From: a bacterium
GTDB lineage: Bacteria; UBA10199; 2-02-FULL-44-16; JAAZCA01
Length of the DNA: 64,000 nt
Direction of reading: 5' to 3'
Assembly (NCBI GenBank): GCA_963674695.2
Contig: CAXXGI010000002.1
Span: forward strand, 416,001-480,000
Positions within the stretch are counted from its first letter, which is position 1, and every line of letters begins with the position of its first letter. Below the pieces are notes generated by a model, which saw only the letters and a list, made by a program, of their open reading frames with translations, searched no databases and was not told the origin of the DNA. The position numbers and the translations under genes were made by a program. Of the stretch, positions 1 to 9,218 are shown piece after piece.

Positions 1-1
1 C

Positions 2-214
2 ATCGCTGGTCCTGGGGAAGCCCCCGTCGTTGTGAAACGTGGCATCTGGATGGCGCATGCAGACGAACGCGTGCGCGTCATCCTATCCGACCAGGACGGA
101 AGGCCTATCCGCGACGATATCACCTTTCACCTGGAGAAAAAAATTCTCCGGGCGATCATCTATGATGAACAGATCTATGGGAAAACGGACTTGATACTCA
201 AGCGACGGAAGTGA
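2..214 (+). CDS. Hypothetical protein, C-terminal fragment (5' end outside window)
   Basis: Frame is open from the window edge to TGA at 212-214, 9 nt before the next gene. Confidence 0.5.
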   Translation: MAGPGEAPVVVKRGIWMAHADERVRVILSDQDGRPIRDDITFHLEKKILRAIIYDEQIYGKTDLILKRRK

Positions 215-223
215 GGGGGCGCT

Positions 224-1450
224 ATGGTCGATACCACCACCATCGTTGGCATCATTTTAATCACCGGCTTTCTCATGGGGGAGCTGGCAACCTATGTGCG
301 TCTGCCCAAGGTGACGGGTTATATTCTCGCGGGGGTTCTGCTCAATCCGCAGGTGACGCCGATCATTCCGAAGAACATCGGTCAGCATACGAATTTCGTC
401 ACCAATATCGCGCTGAGCTTTATCACTTTCTCCATCGGGGGCACGCTTCTCTGGAGCGAGATCAAGCGTCTGGGCAAGGGCATCGCGGCGATAACGATTC
501 TCGAGGCAGAGGTAACCTTCCTGGTCATCGCGGCAGGGCTCATCGTCATCCTCCCGTGGTTGGTCAGCGATCCCCGGGCGACGATGGTAGCGACATTCAT
601 CCCCGTGGGACTCCTCGTCGGTGCGCTCGGTTCGCCCACCGATCCCAGCGGAACGCTCGCGGTCGTACACCAGTATCGCGCCAAGGGGGACGTCACCTCG
701 ACGATCCTGTCGGTCTCGGCCTTCGACGATGCCCTGGGGCTGGTCAACTTCAGCATCGCGTTTGCGGTGGCGGCGATGCTCGTGCAGCACCAGGGGTTTT
801 CGCTCTACGCCTCGATCGGCCAGCCTGCGCTGCAGGTCTTCGGGGCGTTGGCTATCGGAACTGGGTTTGGTTTCCTCTTCAATTTCATCTCTCACGTCAT
901 TCGCGACGAGACCGAGGGGGTCTTCATCGTCATGCTCTTCGGACTCCTCTCCCTCTGTTTCGGGGTGAGCCGTTGGCTCAATTGTGATGAGCTTTTGGGG
1001 ACGATGATGATGGGAATGATCGTGACCAACTTCAACAAACGCCGCGAGCGCGTCTTTGAGATCCTGGAGCGCTATGCCGAAGAGATCATCTTCGTCCTCT
1101 TCTTTACGCTCAGCGGCATGTTTCTCGACTTCAACGTCCTGTGGGAGAGCCTGGGTCTGGTCGGCCTCTATGTGGTGTTGCGCACGATCGGCAAATTCTC
1201 GGGAACGGGGCTCGGCGCCTGGATCGCGCATGCCTCCGCACCGGTGAAGCGTTATACCGGTTTCGGTCTCATCCCTTCCGGCGGCATCATCGTCGGTCTG
1301 GCGCTGCTCTTGAAGCAGGAGCCGGGGTTCACGGCTTTTGCCGACATCATCATCAGCGTCATCATCGGCTCAACGGTGATCCTCGAGATCGCCGGACCGC
1401 TCGCCGTGCGCTTTGCCCTGAGGCGTGTTGGAGAGGTGGGGCGCTCCTGA
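224..1450 (+). CDS. Cation:proton antiporter (CPA/Kef-type Na+/H+ exchanger family)
   Basis: 408 aa with ~12 hydrophobic segments; LPKVTGYILAGVLL, SPTDP and FDDALG motifs; RTIGKFSG. Confidence 0.9.
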   Translation: MVDTTTIVGIILITGFLMGELATYVRLPKVTGYILAGVLLNPQVTPIIPKNIGQHTNFVTNIALSFITFSIGGTLLWSEIKRLGKGIAAITILEAEVTFLVIAAGLIVILPWLVSDPRATMVATFIPVGLLVGALGSPTDPSGTLAVVHQYRAKGDVTSTILSVSAFDDALGLVNFSIAFAVAAMLVQHQGFSLYASIGQPALQVFGALAIGTGFGFLFNFISHVIRDETEGVFIVMLFGLLSLCFGVSRWLNCDELLGTMMMGMIVTNFNKRRERVFEILERYAEEIIFVLFFTLSGMFLDFNVLWESLGLVGLYVVLRTIGKFSGTGLGAWIAHASAPVKRYTGFGLIPSGGIIVGLALLLKQEPGFTAFADIIISVIIGSTVILEIAGPLAVRFALRRVGEVGRS

Positions 1451-2455
1451 TCCTGGCTCAACGCCGAAGCGAAACCCGATCTGCATCGCCGCAAAGGGGG
1501 CGCCGGAGAGATTGATGCGATTGTAGCTTCGATTGCGCAACACGCTGCGCCCCTCGTAGAAGAAGCGATCAAAGGCCCACCCTCCCCAGAGTCGAATCTG
1601 TGCCCATCGCGCGGGACGCAGGCGCAGTCCCGCCCCGATTCGTTTTTCCATAAAGAAGAGTCGCCGATCTTCGATCTGTCGACCGTTGCGAAAGAAGGGC
1701 GCGCTGCGCCAGGCAAACTGTGAAAAAATACGGAAGAATGGCCAGGGGTCATAGCCGAGCTGCGCGGTGACGTTTGTGATCGGGAGATAGGTCACCGAGA
1801 GGTTCACCTTCTCCCGTGGAAAGAAGTTGAGAAACATGACGGGAGCGCCGACGAACCCCTGAAACCAACGACCGCGTTCAAATGAAAATCCAAACGCCGG
1901 CATGGGGATGTGGCGCAGAAACTCGCGGTTGTTGGAGTAGTTGAGAAAGATGATCCACGCACCGAGATCTCCGTGCGGGATGCGCAGAAACCAGTTCCCA
2001 ATATATTCGAGGTCGCCCGCATCCTGAAAGGGGACGTCGCTGGCCGAGCCAAACTGCACATTGAATCCGCTGATCCAGTTGTTGCGAAAGCGATGGCGCA
2101 TGACCGGGCCGAAGCGAACATCGGTGAGCTGCTCAGGGAGGGCGTCGCCCGTGTCCGGTAGGGTTGCCGCGCCCTCCATGATGATTGTGCGAACGCCTGC
2201 GACGAATCCGACTTCGGTGGATTCGTTTTGCCAGAGCGGCGCGAAGGCAGAGAGTTGTTGCGTCTGAAAGGAGCGCTGTGACGCCTGTCCCTCGACGGCG
2301 GCGGCAGGGCTGACGGAAAAGTCATACTGAAGGCTTGGGCGTGCCTTTCCCACAACAGGACTGACAAAGCGGGCATAGGCGTTCTGCGCCACGGCCACGC
2401 GATGGGGCGTGCAGATCATCACGCCGAGAAGGATGGAAAGAACGGCAATGCGCAT
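1370..2455 (-). CDS. Putative outer-membrane beta-barrel protein (DUF6268-like)
   Basis: Signal peptide; alternating aromatic/amphipathic strands; similar layout to 42968..43900; overlaps the antiporter 3' end. Confidence 0.6.
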   Translation of the reverse strand: MRIAVLSILLGVMICTPHRVAVAQNAYARFVSPVVGKARPSLQYDFSVSPAAAVEGQASQRSFQTQQLSAFAPLWQNESTEVGFVAGVRTIIMEGAATLPDTGDALPEQLTDVRFGPVMRHRFRNNWISGFNVQFGSASDVPFQDAGDLEYIGNWFLRIPHGDLGAWIIFLNYSNNREFLRHIPMPAFGFSFERGRWFQGFVGAPVMFLNFFPREKVNLSVTYLPITNVTAQLGYDPWPFFRIFSQFAWRSAPFFRNGRQIEDRRLFFMEKRIGAGLRLRPARWAQIRLWGGWAFDRFFYEGRSVLRNRSYNRINLSGAPFAAMQIGFRFGVEPGSGAPHLSNTPQGKAHGERSGDLEDHR

Positions 2456-2467
2456 TGAATGCCAGGC

Positions 2468-2854
2468 CTAAGGCGTCTGGGTTTTCGTTACCGTCACCTC
2501 GAACGATTCCTGCCCTTGATCGTTGTCATCATCGACGGCGGTGAGCACGATCGTCGCCGAACTCGCCTGGTTCGCGAGCGGGATCACCTTCACCGTGCGA
2601 TTTTTTCCCGTGCCGAGGATGATGATGTTCGATGGCGAGTTTGGCACCAGCGTCTCGTTGGTCGACTGTGCCGTGATGGTGATGTTGTCCGGCGCGGTCG
2701 TGTCATCGATCACCGTGAACGGGATGTTCCCCGTCGACTGCCCAGGCTTGAGCCACTGGTTCGCAATGGGCGAGATCATCGGATCGCCGGCGTACACGAG
2801 TGAAGCGATGAGCAGGACGGCCATTCCACTGACGACAAAGGGTATGCGTTTCAT
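2468..2854 (-). CDS. Secreted Ig/cadherin-like single-domain protein
   Basis: Signal peptide MKRIPFVVSG...VYA; P-x-ISPIANQ...IPFTVID...STNETLVP...F-x-VTV pattern typical of bacterial Ig-like repeats; GAGGA upstream. Confidence 0.7.
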   Translation of the reverse strand: MKRIPFVVSGMAVLLIASLVYAGDPMISPIANQWLKPGQSTGNIPFTVIDDTTAPDNITITAQSTNETLVPNSPSNIIILGTGKNRTVKVIPLANQASSATIVLTAVDDDNDQGQESFEVTVTKTQTP

Positions 2855-2933
2855 TGGATCCTCCTCTTGGATGGGATGCCTGAATACGTCCCTATCATAG
2901 CTCAAACAGGGGTCGGTGTCACGCCCCCGGCCA

Positions 2934-5900
2934 TTACGATTGTTTGCGCATCTCCTCGAGGAGCTGCTCGACCATCGGATGGTACTTCTGGGGGAGTTTG
3001 GTGAAGAGGCGATCGGTCGTGTTCGCCTCGAGATGACGGCGGGCGGTGGCCAGGTAATCGGCGATCTTCGTGCGCAGGCGTTTTTCGATCTCCGGCGTTC
3101 GGTCCGGGCCGGCGAGTTGGGCGATGCTCGCTTCGATCTCCCACGCATTGCGTTCGAGAGCGGCGTAGACCATGCCGCGAAAGCGGTTGGTCATCGCCTT
3201 TGATCCGGTCGCATAGCCCAGTGCACGCTCCGCATGTGTGATGTTGAAGCGGTGTTTTCGCAGCGCGGCCAGTTCGCGTTGCTCCTCCGCGTCGAAGATC
3301 GCCTCGCCCGCTGCTGCCCCCGCGCTCACCTCCGAGGGGTTTCGTCGTGCGCCCTCGCGGATGACCCCATCGATATGGTTGACCGCGATCGTGTCGCTCT
3401 TTTCAAAGCGAGCTCGATCGAAGGCCTGGTCGATCGTGCCCATCAGTTCGCTCACGTTGTAGCGGTCGAACGGGCAGCGCGCGAGCAGATGCATCGTTTC
3501 CGCGGTGAATCCGATATGATGATCATGAGAGGCATTGCGCCGCGCCAAAAAATGCGCGGCCAGCATCTCGATGTCTTCACTGCGCTGGGCCAGTGCCGGA
3601 ACCGAAACGACGCCGCGTGCTTGGATGCGGCGCAGGAGATCTGCGCGCATGCGTCCGGAATGCACGAGGTTTTCCAACGGTTCGTTGGTGGCGAAGAGAA
3701 AGCGGACGTTGACGGTGCGCGCGGCCCCGCGTCCGGCCGCGGGGTTGAAGGGACGCCCCTCCAAGGGTAGCAGCAGGAGTTGCTGCGCTTGCATCGGGAT
3801 GAGTTCCACCTCGTCGAGGAAGAGCGTGCCTCCGTCGAACTCCTCGAGGATGCCCGGCTGTCCCCGGCGGTCTATGCCGGCGATGCCGCTGCCCTCACCA
3901 TAGCCGAAGAGTTTGCCCAACACGATGAGGGGATCGCCCGAGGCGAACTCGGCACAGTTGAATTCGCCCATCGGTTTGTCAGCGCGCGGGCTGAGCGCAT
4001 GGATGACGCGTGCAACGCCGGTCTTGCCCGACCCGGTCGGGCCGACGATGACCACCGGCGCGCGGTCGTGTGCGCGGATGGCTGCATCGCGCAGGCATCG
4101 CAGCCACGACGGGCTCGATCCCATGGCCTGCGTCAGGCGCAGGTGGCGAAACGCTTCGTTCTCCCGCTCCATCGTCTGAATGCGATCGGCCAGCTCCTGC
4201 GTGACGATCGGATCCCATCGGTCGTGGTGCAACACGTCGGAAGCGGCCAGGCCGATCAGTTCCTGGCGCTGCACGATGTCGCGCCCGAGGCGTTCGATCG
4301 CATCGGCGACGGGTTTGATCTCGATATCGGACGGACCGATTGCGGTCGTTTCACCCTCGCGAATGTTCTCCACTGCTTCAGTGAGGATGCGCACCGGTTT
4401 GGCAAAGCGATACTTGAGGAAGATGGCGATGAGGCCGCCGGTGAGGAGGACGGCGACCATCGTGATGATGTCGGTGACGATGGTGCGCCGGATGGTCTCC
4501 TGTATGGGGGTCAGCGAGATGCCCATCTGCAGGGTAGCCATCTGCCGGTCCTTCAGAATGATGGGATCGACGACGGAGACGATGTTGCGGTCGGTGGTGT
4601 CGAAGGTGCCGTAGCGCACGCGGTTGACGACCGACTCCCCCACCTCGCGGGGATCGCTCGAGGCGAAGACCTTGCCGGTTCGGTAGATGCGCGCCCAGGT
4701 CACCGCCTCGTCCTGCACCGCCGACTTGAGAATGGCATCGAGCGAGCGCGATGATTCGGAGATGAGCGCGGCCGCGACGCGGATGTTGAGTTTTTCGATT
4801 TCAACCGTCTTGCGCGAGACAAAGGCATCCATGGTGGCAAAAAAATTGACCAGCTGCACCGTGGTGAGCAGGGCGGCAAAGACGGCCACGAGCGCGGCGG
4901 TGGTGAGTCCCGTCATAAAGGCGATGCCGCGCCGGGCCAGCAGGGCCATGACCGCCAGCAGCAGGATGAGAGCCCCGCGGGTGCAGGCCATCCAGAGCAG
5001 GGCGTTGTGTTTGGCCGTGGTGACGCGTTCGCCGAAGATGGTCGGAACGTGGCGGTAGGGGGTCACAAATGTCAGCGGCGTCAGATGCGCTGCGATCTGC
5101 GCATAGGTGCGGATGGCGTCGTAGGCGCTCTCCTCCTGAATGAAGAACTCTTCGATGTCCATCATCTGTCGGATCTCGGCGGACATCGCCTCATGAAAGC
5201 GCAGCAGGGCTTCCTGTGTCTTGCGAGCGATCTCTGGATCGAAGTCGCTGCGTACGGTGATGGGCCCCATCGGAATCGGTTTTGATGTGGCGATGACGCG
5301 GAATAATCGGCGCTGCTGGGGAGGAAGCGTCTTCAGGATGAAATCGCCGATGCCGATGATGTCGACGGCCCCCTCGCGCAGGGCCTCGAGCGACCGGTCG
5401 TGTGATCCGGTCAGGACGATCCGATTGAAAAAGTCATTGGGGTTGTCGATGCCGTTTTCCAGCATGAGCACGCGCGGGATGAGATAGCCGGAGGTGGAGA
5501 GCTCATCGACGAGGGCGAGGCGCTTCCCCCAGGCGTCGACGATGGTTTCGATGTCGTCATTCTCCCGTACGACGAAGATGCTGTGGTAGCTCTTGCGCCC
5601 CCGCCGAATCTCCGATGCCAGGATCCCGGCTTTTCCCGTCTCCATCGCGGTGATGTGCGAGAGCGCTCCGCCCTCGAACATGTCCAGTTCCCCGCAGGCG
5701 AGGGCGTCGATGATGTCGCGATAGTCCTGCATCAGGACGAGTTCGAAGGGGGTGCCCACCTCGCGGGAGAGGTAATCGATCAGGGGAGACCAGGTCTTCA
5801 CGGCCTTTTCGATCGAACGTCCGCTCATCAGCCCGAACCGGACGGTGTTGGCCTCCACCGAAGAGGATGTGGCGGCGATGCCGACGATGATGAGGGAGAG

Positions 5901-5939
5901 GAGCAGGATATGGCGGAGGAGACGCATCGAGGCCATCAT
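2934..5939 (-). CDS. Membrane-anchored sigma54-interaction (bEBP-like) AAA+ regulator fused to a PhnD-like phosphate/phosphonate-binding domain
   Basis: N-terminal SBP motifs (Y-x-S-IFVVR, STSGYLIP, GSHD); three TM segments; HAMP-like region; Walker A GPTGSGKT; Walker [10 protein letters not shown]; RFLFATN; C-terminal HTH-like region. Confidence 0.85.
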   Translation of the reverse strand: MMASMRLLRHILLLSLIIVGIAATSSSVEANTVRFGLMSGRSIEKAVKTWSPLIDYLSREVGTPFELVLMQDYRDIIDALACGELDMFEGGALSHITAMETGKAGILASEIRRGRKSYHSIFVVRENDDIETIVDAWGKRLALVDELSTSGYLIPRVLMLENGIDNPNDFFNRIVLTGSHDRSLEALREGAVDIIGIGDFILKTLPPQQRRLFRVIATSKPIPMGPITVRSDFDPEIARKTQEALLRFHEAMSAEIRQMMDIEEFFIQEESAYDAIRTYAQIAAHLTPLTFVTPYRHVPTIFGERVTTAKHNALLWMACTRGALILLLAVMALLARRGIAFMTGLTTAALVAVFAALLTTVQLVNFFATMDAFVSRKTVEIEKLNIRVAAALISESSRSLDAILKSAVQDEAVTWARIYRTGKVFASSDPREVGESVVNRVRYGTFDTTDRNIVSVVDPIILKDRQMATLQMGISLTPIQETIRRTIVTDIITMVAVLLTGGLIAIFLKYRFAKPVRILTEAVENIREGETTAIGPSDIEIKPVADAIERLGRDIVQRQELIGLAASDVLHHDRWDPIVTQELADRIQTMERENEAFRHLRLTQAMGSSPSWLRCLRDAAIRAHDRAPVVIVGPTGSGKTGVARVIHALSPRADKPMGEFNCAEFASGDPLIVLGKLFGYGEGSGIAGIDRRGQPGILEEFDGGTLFLDEVELIPMQAQQLLLLPLEGRPFNPAAGRGAARTVNVRFLFATNEPLENLVHSGRMRADLLRRIQARGVVSVPALAQRSEDIEMLAAHFLARRNASHDHHIGFTAETMHLLARCPFDRYNVSELMGTIDQAFDRARFEKSDTIAVNHIDGVIREGARRNPSEVSAGAAAGEAIFDAEEQRELAALRKHRFNITHAERALGYATGSKAMTNRFRGMVYAALERNAWEIEASIAQLAGPDRTPEIEKRLRTKIADYLATARRHLEANTTDRLFTKLPQKYHPMVEQLLEEMRKQS

Positions 5940-6048
5940 AGGGAATGGCCTGCGATATTGTCAATCGCCGAAGACACACTTTACAATCGACGCCACAGCG
6001 ATGTCCGAGACGATGACACAGCACTGTGGGGCCAACGTTCTCCGTATG

Positions 6049-7281
6049 TTACAGATGCTGCACGCTCCCGCCATATTCACGGGCATTGCACTCCTGCAGC
6101 CGCTGGTGCGCCGGCTTGAAAAAGACGTTGAGGAGGGTGACCGCGAAGAGCAGGAGCGCGAAGATGGTCGCCAGCGCAAACCCATAGAATTCATCGCCCA
6201 GGCCGTCGCTGGTGGCGTTGATGGCCAACGGGCCGACGGTTGCAGAGGCGCAGGTGAAAAAGAGGATGATGCCCGCGATCGAGCCGTGCCGGTCGATCGG
6301 GAAGCAGCACATCCCCTTCGAGTTGATCGTCGGATAGATGATCGACATGAAGAAGCCGGATATCGGCAGCAGCATCGTTGCCGGCCAGACTCCGCCGATC
6401 ATGCTCACCACGAAGCAGAGCAGCACGCCGAAGCTGGAAATGGCCAGCAGCATCGCCCAATCGAAGCGGGCCAGGAGCGCTGCGCCCACGAACCGTCCCA
6501 GCGTGCGGAAGACGTTGAACAGGACCAGGGCATAGATCGCCATGAGGTCGTTTTCGCCGCGAGCGATGATGATGAGCGGCATCCAGACATACACCGAGCA
6601 CTCGACCGTGACGTAGAGGAATGCGGCGAGCGAAAACCCGAGCGCATACCGGTCTTTGAGTAGCGCGAATGCCGTGCCGAGCGTGGCGGCTTTTCCGGCG
6701 CTTTCCCGTCCCCGGCGCGAGATGACGGCGGTGGATAGGGCCAGCGCCGCAATCGATATGCCGGCCGCGCAGACGTAGAGCCACTTCCAGCTCGTTCCGC
6801 GCAGGAGCATGAGGGAGACCAGCGCCGGCCCGATGATCGAGCCGATGCCGAAGAAGCCCTCGACGGCGTTCATGATCACCGTGTGGGAGGTGACCGAGGT
6901 GGCAATGCGGCTGATCAGGACGAGCACGCCTGTCTTGAAGATGGCGATGGCCACGCCCGAGGCGATGAGCAGCGCCAGGATGAACCAGTAGTTCTGGGCG
7001 AGGGGAAAGAGGAGGGAGGCGATCGCGAACAGGGCCAGGCCCGCGATGACGACGAAGCGGCAGCCGAGGCGATCGGCCAGCCAGCCCAGAAAGAGCGCCC
7101 CGATCGCGATGGCGGCCATGGTGACATAGTGGAAGGAGCCCGCCCGCGCGAGCGTGATGCCGAATTCCTCGACCAACAGCGGCATGATCACCCCCACCGC
7201 ATTGGTCGTCATCGCGAACATCAGGAAGATCAGGCAGATGATGCAGGTGATGGCGGCGGTGTTTGAGCTCTCTTCATGCAT
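6049..7281 (-). CDS. MFS transporter (FucP/glucose-galactose-like)
   Basis: ~12 TM; motif A GWLADRLGCR; FLYVTVE; MSIIYPTI. Confidence 0.9.
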   Translation of the reverse strand: MHEESSNTAAITCIICLIFLMFAMTTNAVGVIMPLLVEEFGITLARAGSFHYVTMAAIAIGALFLGWLADRLGCRFVVIAGLALFAIASLLFPLAQNYWFILALLIASGVAIAIFKTGVLVLISRIATSVTSHTVIMNAVEGFFGIGSIIGPALVSLMLLRGTSWKWLYVCAAGISIAALALSTAVISRRGRESAGKAATLGTAFALLKDRYALGFSLAAFLYVTVECSVYVWMPLIIIARGENDLMAIYALVLFNVFRTLGRFVGAALLARFDWAMLLAISSFGVLLCFVVSMIGGVWPATMLLPISGFFMSIIYPTINSKGMCCFPIDRHGSIAGIILFFTCASATVGPLAINATSDGLGDEFYGFALATIFALLLFAVTLLNVFFKPAHQRLQECNAREYGGSVQHL

Positions 7282-7545
7282 ATGAACCCTCCGAGGATAG
7301 TGACGAGGTACAATTCTCTATAATGAGTCTCCGCAAACAATTGCAAGTTTCTTGCCACCTAACGAAATGGGCCCAATCCCCCTTTTGGGACATCCCCCCG
7401 CATCGGGGAGGGGCCGAAGACACGGTTCTTGAGCATTCCATCTTCTGCCGGACACAGCCGGGACACAGCGCTCTCCCCTGAAGCCCAGACGAATATATTA
7501 AAGAGAATCGCGCCATTACAGCAATTCGGCGCAAGTCGTATAACT

Positions 7546-7561
7546 TGGCACGCGAATTGCT
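7546..7561 (+). promoter_or_regulatory. Sigma54 -24/-12 promoter
   Basis: TGGCAC-GCGAA-TTGCT, exact match to the TGGCAC-N5-TTGCW consensus, just upstream of the radical SAM gene. Confidence 0.8.
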
Positions 7562-7574
7562 TTGGGAGGGTTGC

Positions 7575-8792
7575 ATGATGAATCAAGGATTGAACAATGC
7601 CTACCGGGGAAGTCAGAAGAAGGACTTTCTGAAAGGGCTCTTACAGGAGACCCGGCTCAATGTCATCGTTACCGTGACGCGCAGCTGTGTGCTCCGGTGC
7701 AGATACTGCTATGCGACTGACCCCGGATGTGAGGGTCGAGGAATCATCAGCGATCATCTCCTGGAAAAGATCATTCGCGATGCCAACGAGACGCGCCACG
7801 ACTCCATCGTCTTTGAGTGGACCGGTGGCGAGGTCCTGTTGGCGGGACGAATGTTTTTCGAACGAGTCCTTGAGCTGCAACGACGCTACATGACCAAGCC
7901 CCATGAAAACAGCGTTCAGACCAGCGGGGCCCTCTACGATGAGGAACTCTATCGGTTCCTAATCGGAAATGGTTTTTCGGTTTCGGTGACGCTCGATGGT
8001 CCACGTGCATTGCACGATGCACAGCGTCCCTATGCGGATGGGCGAGGGAGCTTCGAAACGGTCATGCAGTCGGTGCATCTGCTCAAGCAATTGCAGGGCG
8101 AGTGCGGTGTTCTCTGCACGGTGACGCGCGCATCGCTGCCGTATCTCCGGGCGCTCACGCAGTTTTACCGTCAAGAGGGTATGAGAAAGTGGCACGCCAA
8201 TCCCTATATCTTTGATGCGAATAAACCGGTCGGCGAAGAACAGCTCGGCCTGACGGCATCCGAATACGCGGAGACGATGGAAACGTTTTTTGAGGATTGG
8301 ATTGCATGCGACGATGAGTGCTTGTGTCAGCGCAATGTGACTCAGGCCATCGAAGCCCTGATGGCATTCGATCACACAAGCGTGTGTACGAACAGCGGTC
8401 GGTGTCTCACCAACTTCGTCAACATCTCTCCATCGGGGCGGGCCTATCCCTGCCCCAAGTTTTTGGGCGATGAACGGTTTCAGCTTGGGCAGGTTGATAG
8501 GGATCATCTCGCGCAGATCACCTCCCCTGACAATCCGGTCATGGACCAGCTCATAGACGATCGCATGCGTGCGATCAATCGGTGCATCGATCGGGGTTGT
8601 CCGTTCCTCGGAGCATGCAACGGTGGGTGCCCCTATGCTTCGCTGTTGTCCGGAAATGACGGACGCACCGATCACGTTGATGCCACCTGTGAGGGAAGAC
8701 AGCAATTTCTATCGCAGGTCGATGCCTCTATTCGAAGCCACGGTGGTTGGACGACGGTTCAAGGGAATGTGGACCATGAAGAATTGGCATAA
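7575..8792 (+). CDS. Radical SAM/SPASM domain protein (anSME/peptide-maturase-like)
   Basis: CVLRCRYC (CxxxCxxC); WTGGE; VQTSG; SVTLDGP; SPASM Cys set CTNSGRC...YPC...CIDRGCPFLGACNGGCP...C. Confidence 0.92.
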   Translation: MMNQGLNNAYRGSQKKDFLKGLLQETRLNVIVTVTRSCVLRCRYCYATDPGCEGRGIISDHLLEKIIRDANETRHDSIVFEWTGGEVLLAGRMFFERVLELQRRYMTKPHENSVQTSGALYDEELYRFLIGNGFSVSVTLDGPRALHDAQRPYADGRGSFETVMQSVHLLKQLQGECGVLCTVTRASLPYLRALTQFYRQEGMRKWHANPYIFDANKPVGEEQLGLTASEYAETMETFFEDWIACDDECLCQRNVTQAIEALMAFDHTSVCTNSGRCLTNFVNISPSGRAYPCPKFLGDERFQLGQVDRDHLAQITSPDNPVMDQLIDDRMRAINRCIDRGCPFLGACNGGCPYASLLSGNDGRTDHVDATCEGRQQFLSQVDASIRSHGGWTTVQGNVDHEELA

Positions 8793-8839
8793 CGAGTGAG
8801 AGAAAACGTCACTCACAACCAAGTGAAAGGAGCAATACG

Positions 8840-9151
8840 ATGAAGATCAAAACGAAAGAGGGTGAGAAGAAAACGGTACAGCAGGAAAAGGCAGCATGTC
8901 AGTCGGTGGCCGTAAAGGATAAAGCCGAGCAGAAGACGAATGTCCCGTCGAACTCAGACGTATACCAGAGCTCAAATTCGGTTCTGCAGAAGATGGTGAA
9001 GCTGCAGCGGGAAAGCTGTGGGACAGAAGTGAATCAGACGGAGACGATGGTCGCAAAACGTCAGTGTCCATCGGGCACGACCCACAGCAATGCGTATCAA
9101 AGATGCGGTCCCAACCTGTGCTGTGTCTGTCATGGGGATACGTGTAAGTAG
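8840..9151 (+). CDS. Putative RiPP precursor peptide with Cys-rich C-terminal core
   Basis: Strong RBS (AAGGAG); 103 aa; hydrophilic leader; six Cys in the last 28 residues; directly downstream of the rSAM/SPASM gene. Confidence 0.65.
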   Translation: MKIKTKEGEKKTVQQEKAACQSVAVKDKAEQKTNVPSNSDVYQSSNSVLQKMVKLQRESCGTEVNQTETMVAKRQCPSGTTHSNAYQRCGPNLCCVCHGDTCK

Positions 9152-9218
9152 TTGGTGGATATCCGAAAGCGTGACCGCTGAACGTATATAATTCCATGGG
9201 GGAACAAAGGAGGAATCC

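Noticed and set aside
7575-8792. Plain anaerobic sulfatase maturase annotation
   Set aside because: No sulfatase gene in the window and a peptide gene follows directly; cannot be fully excluded without a phylogeny.
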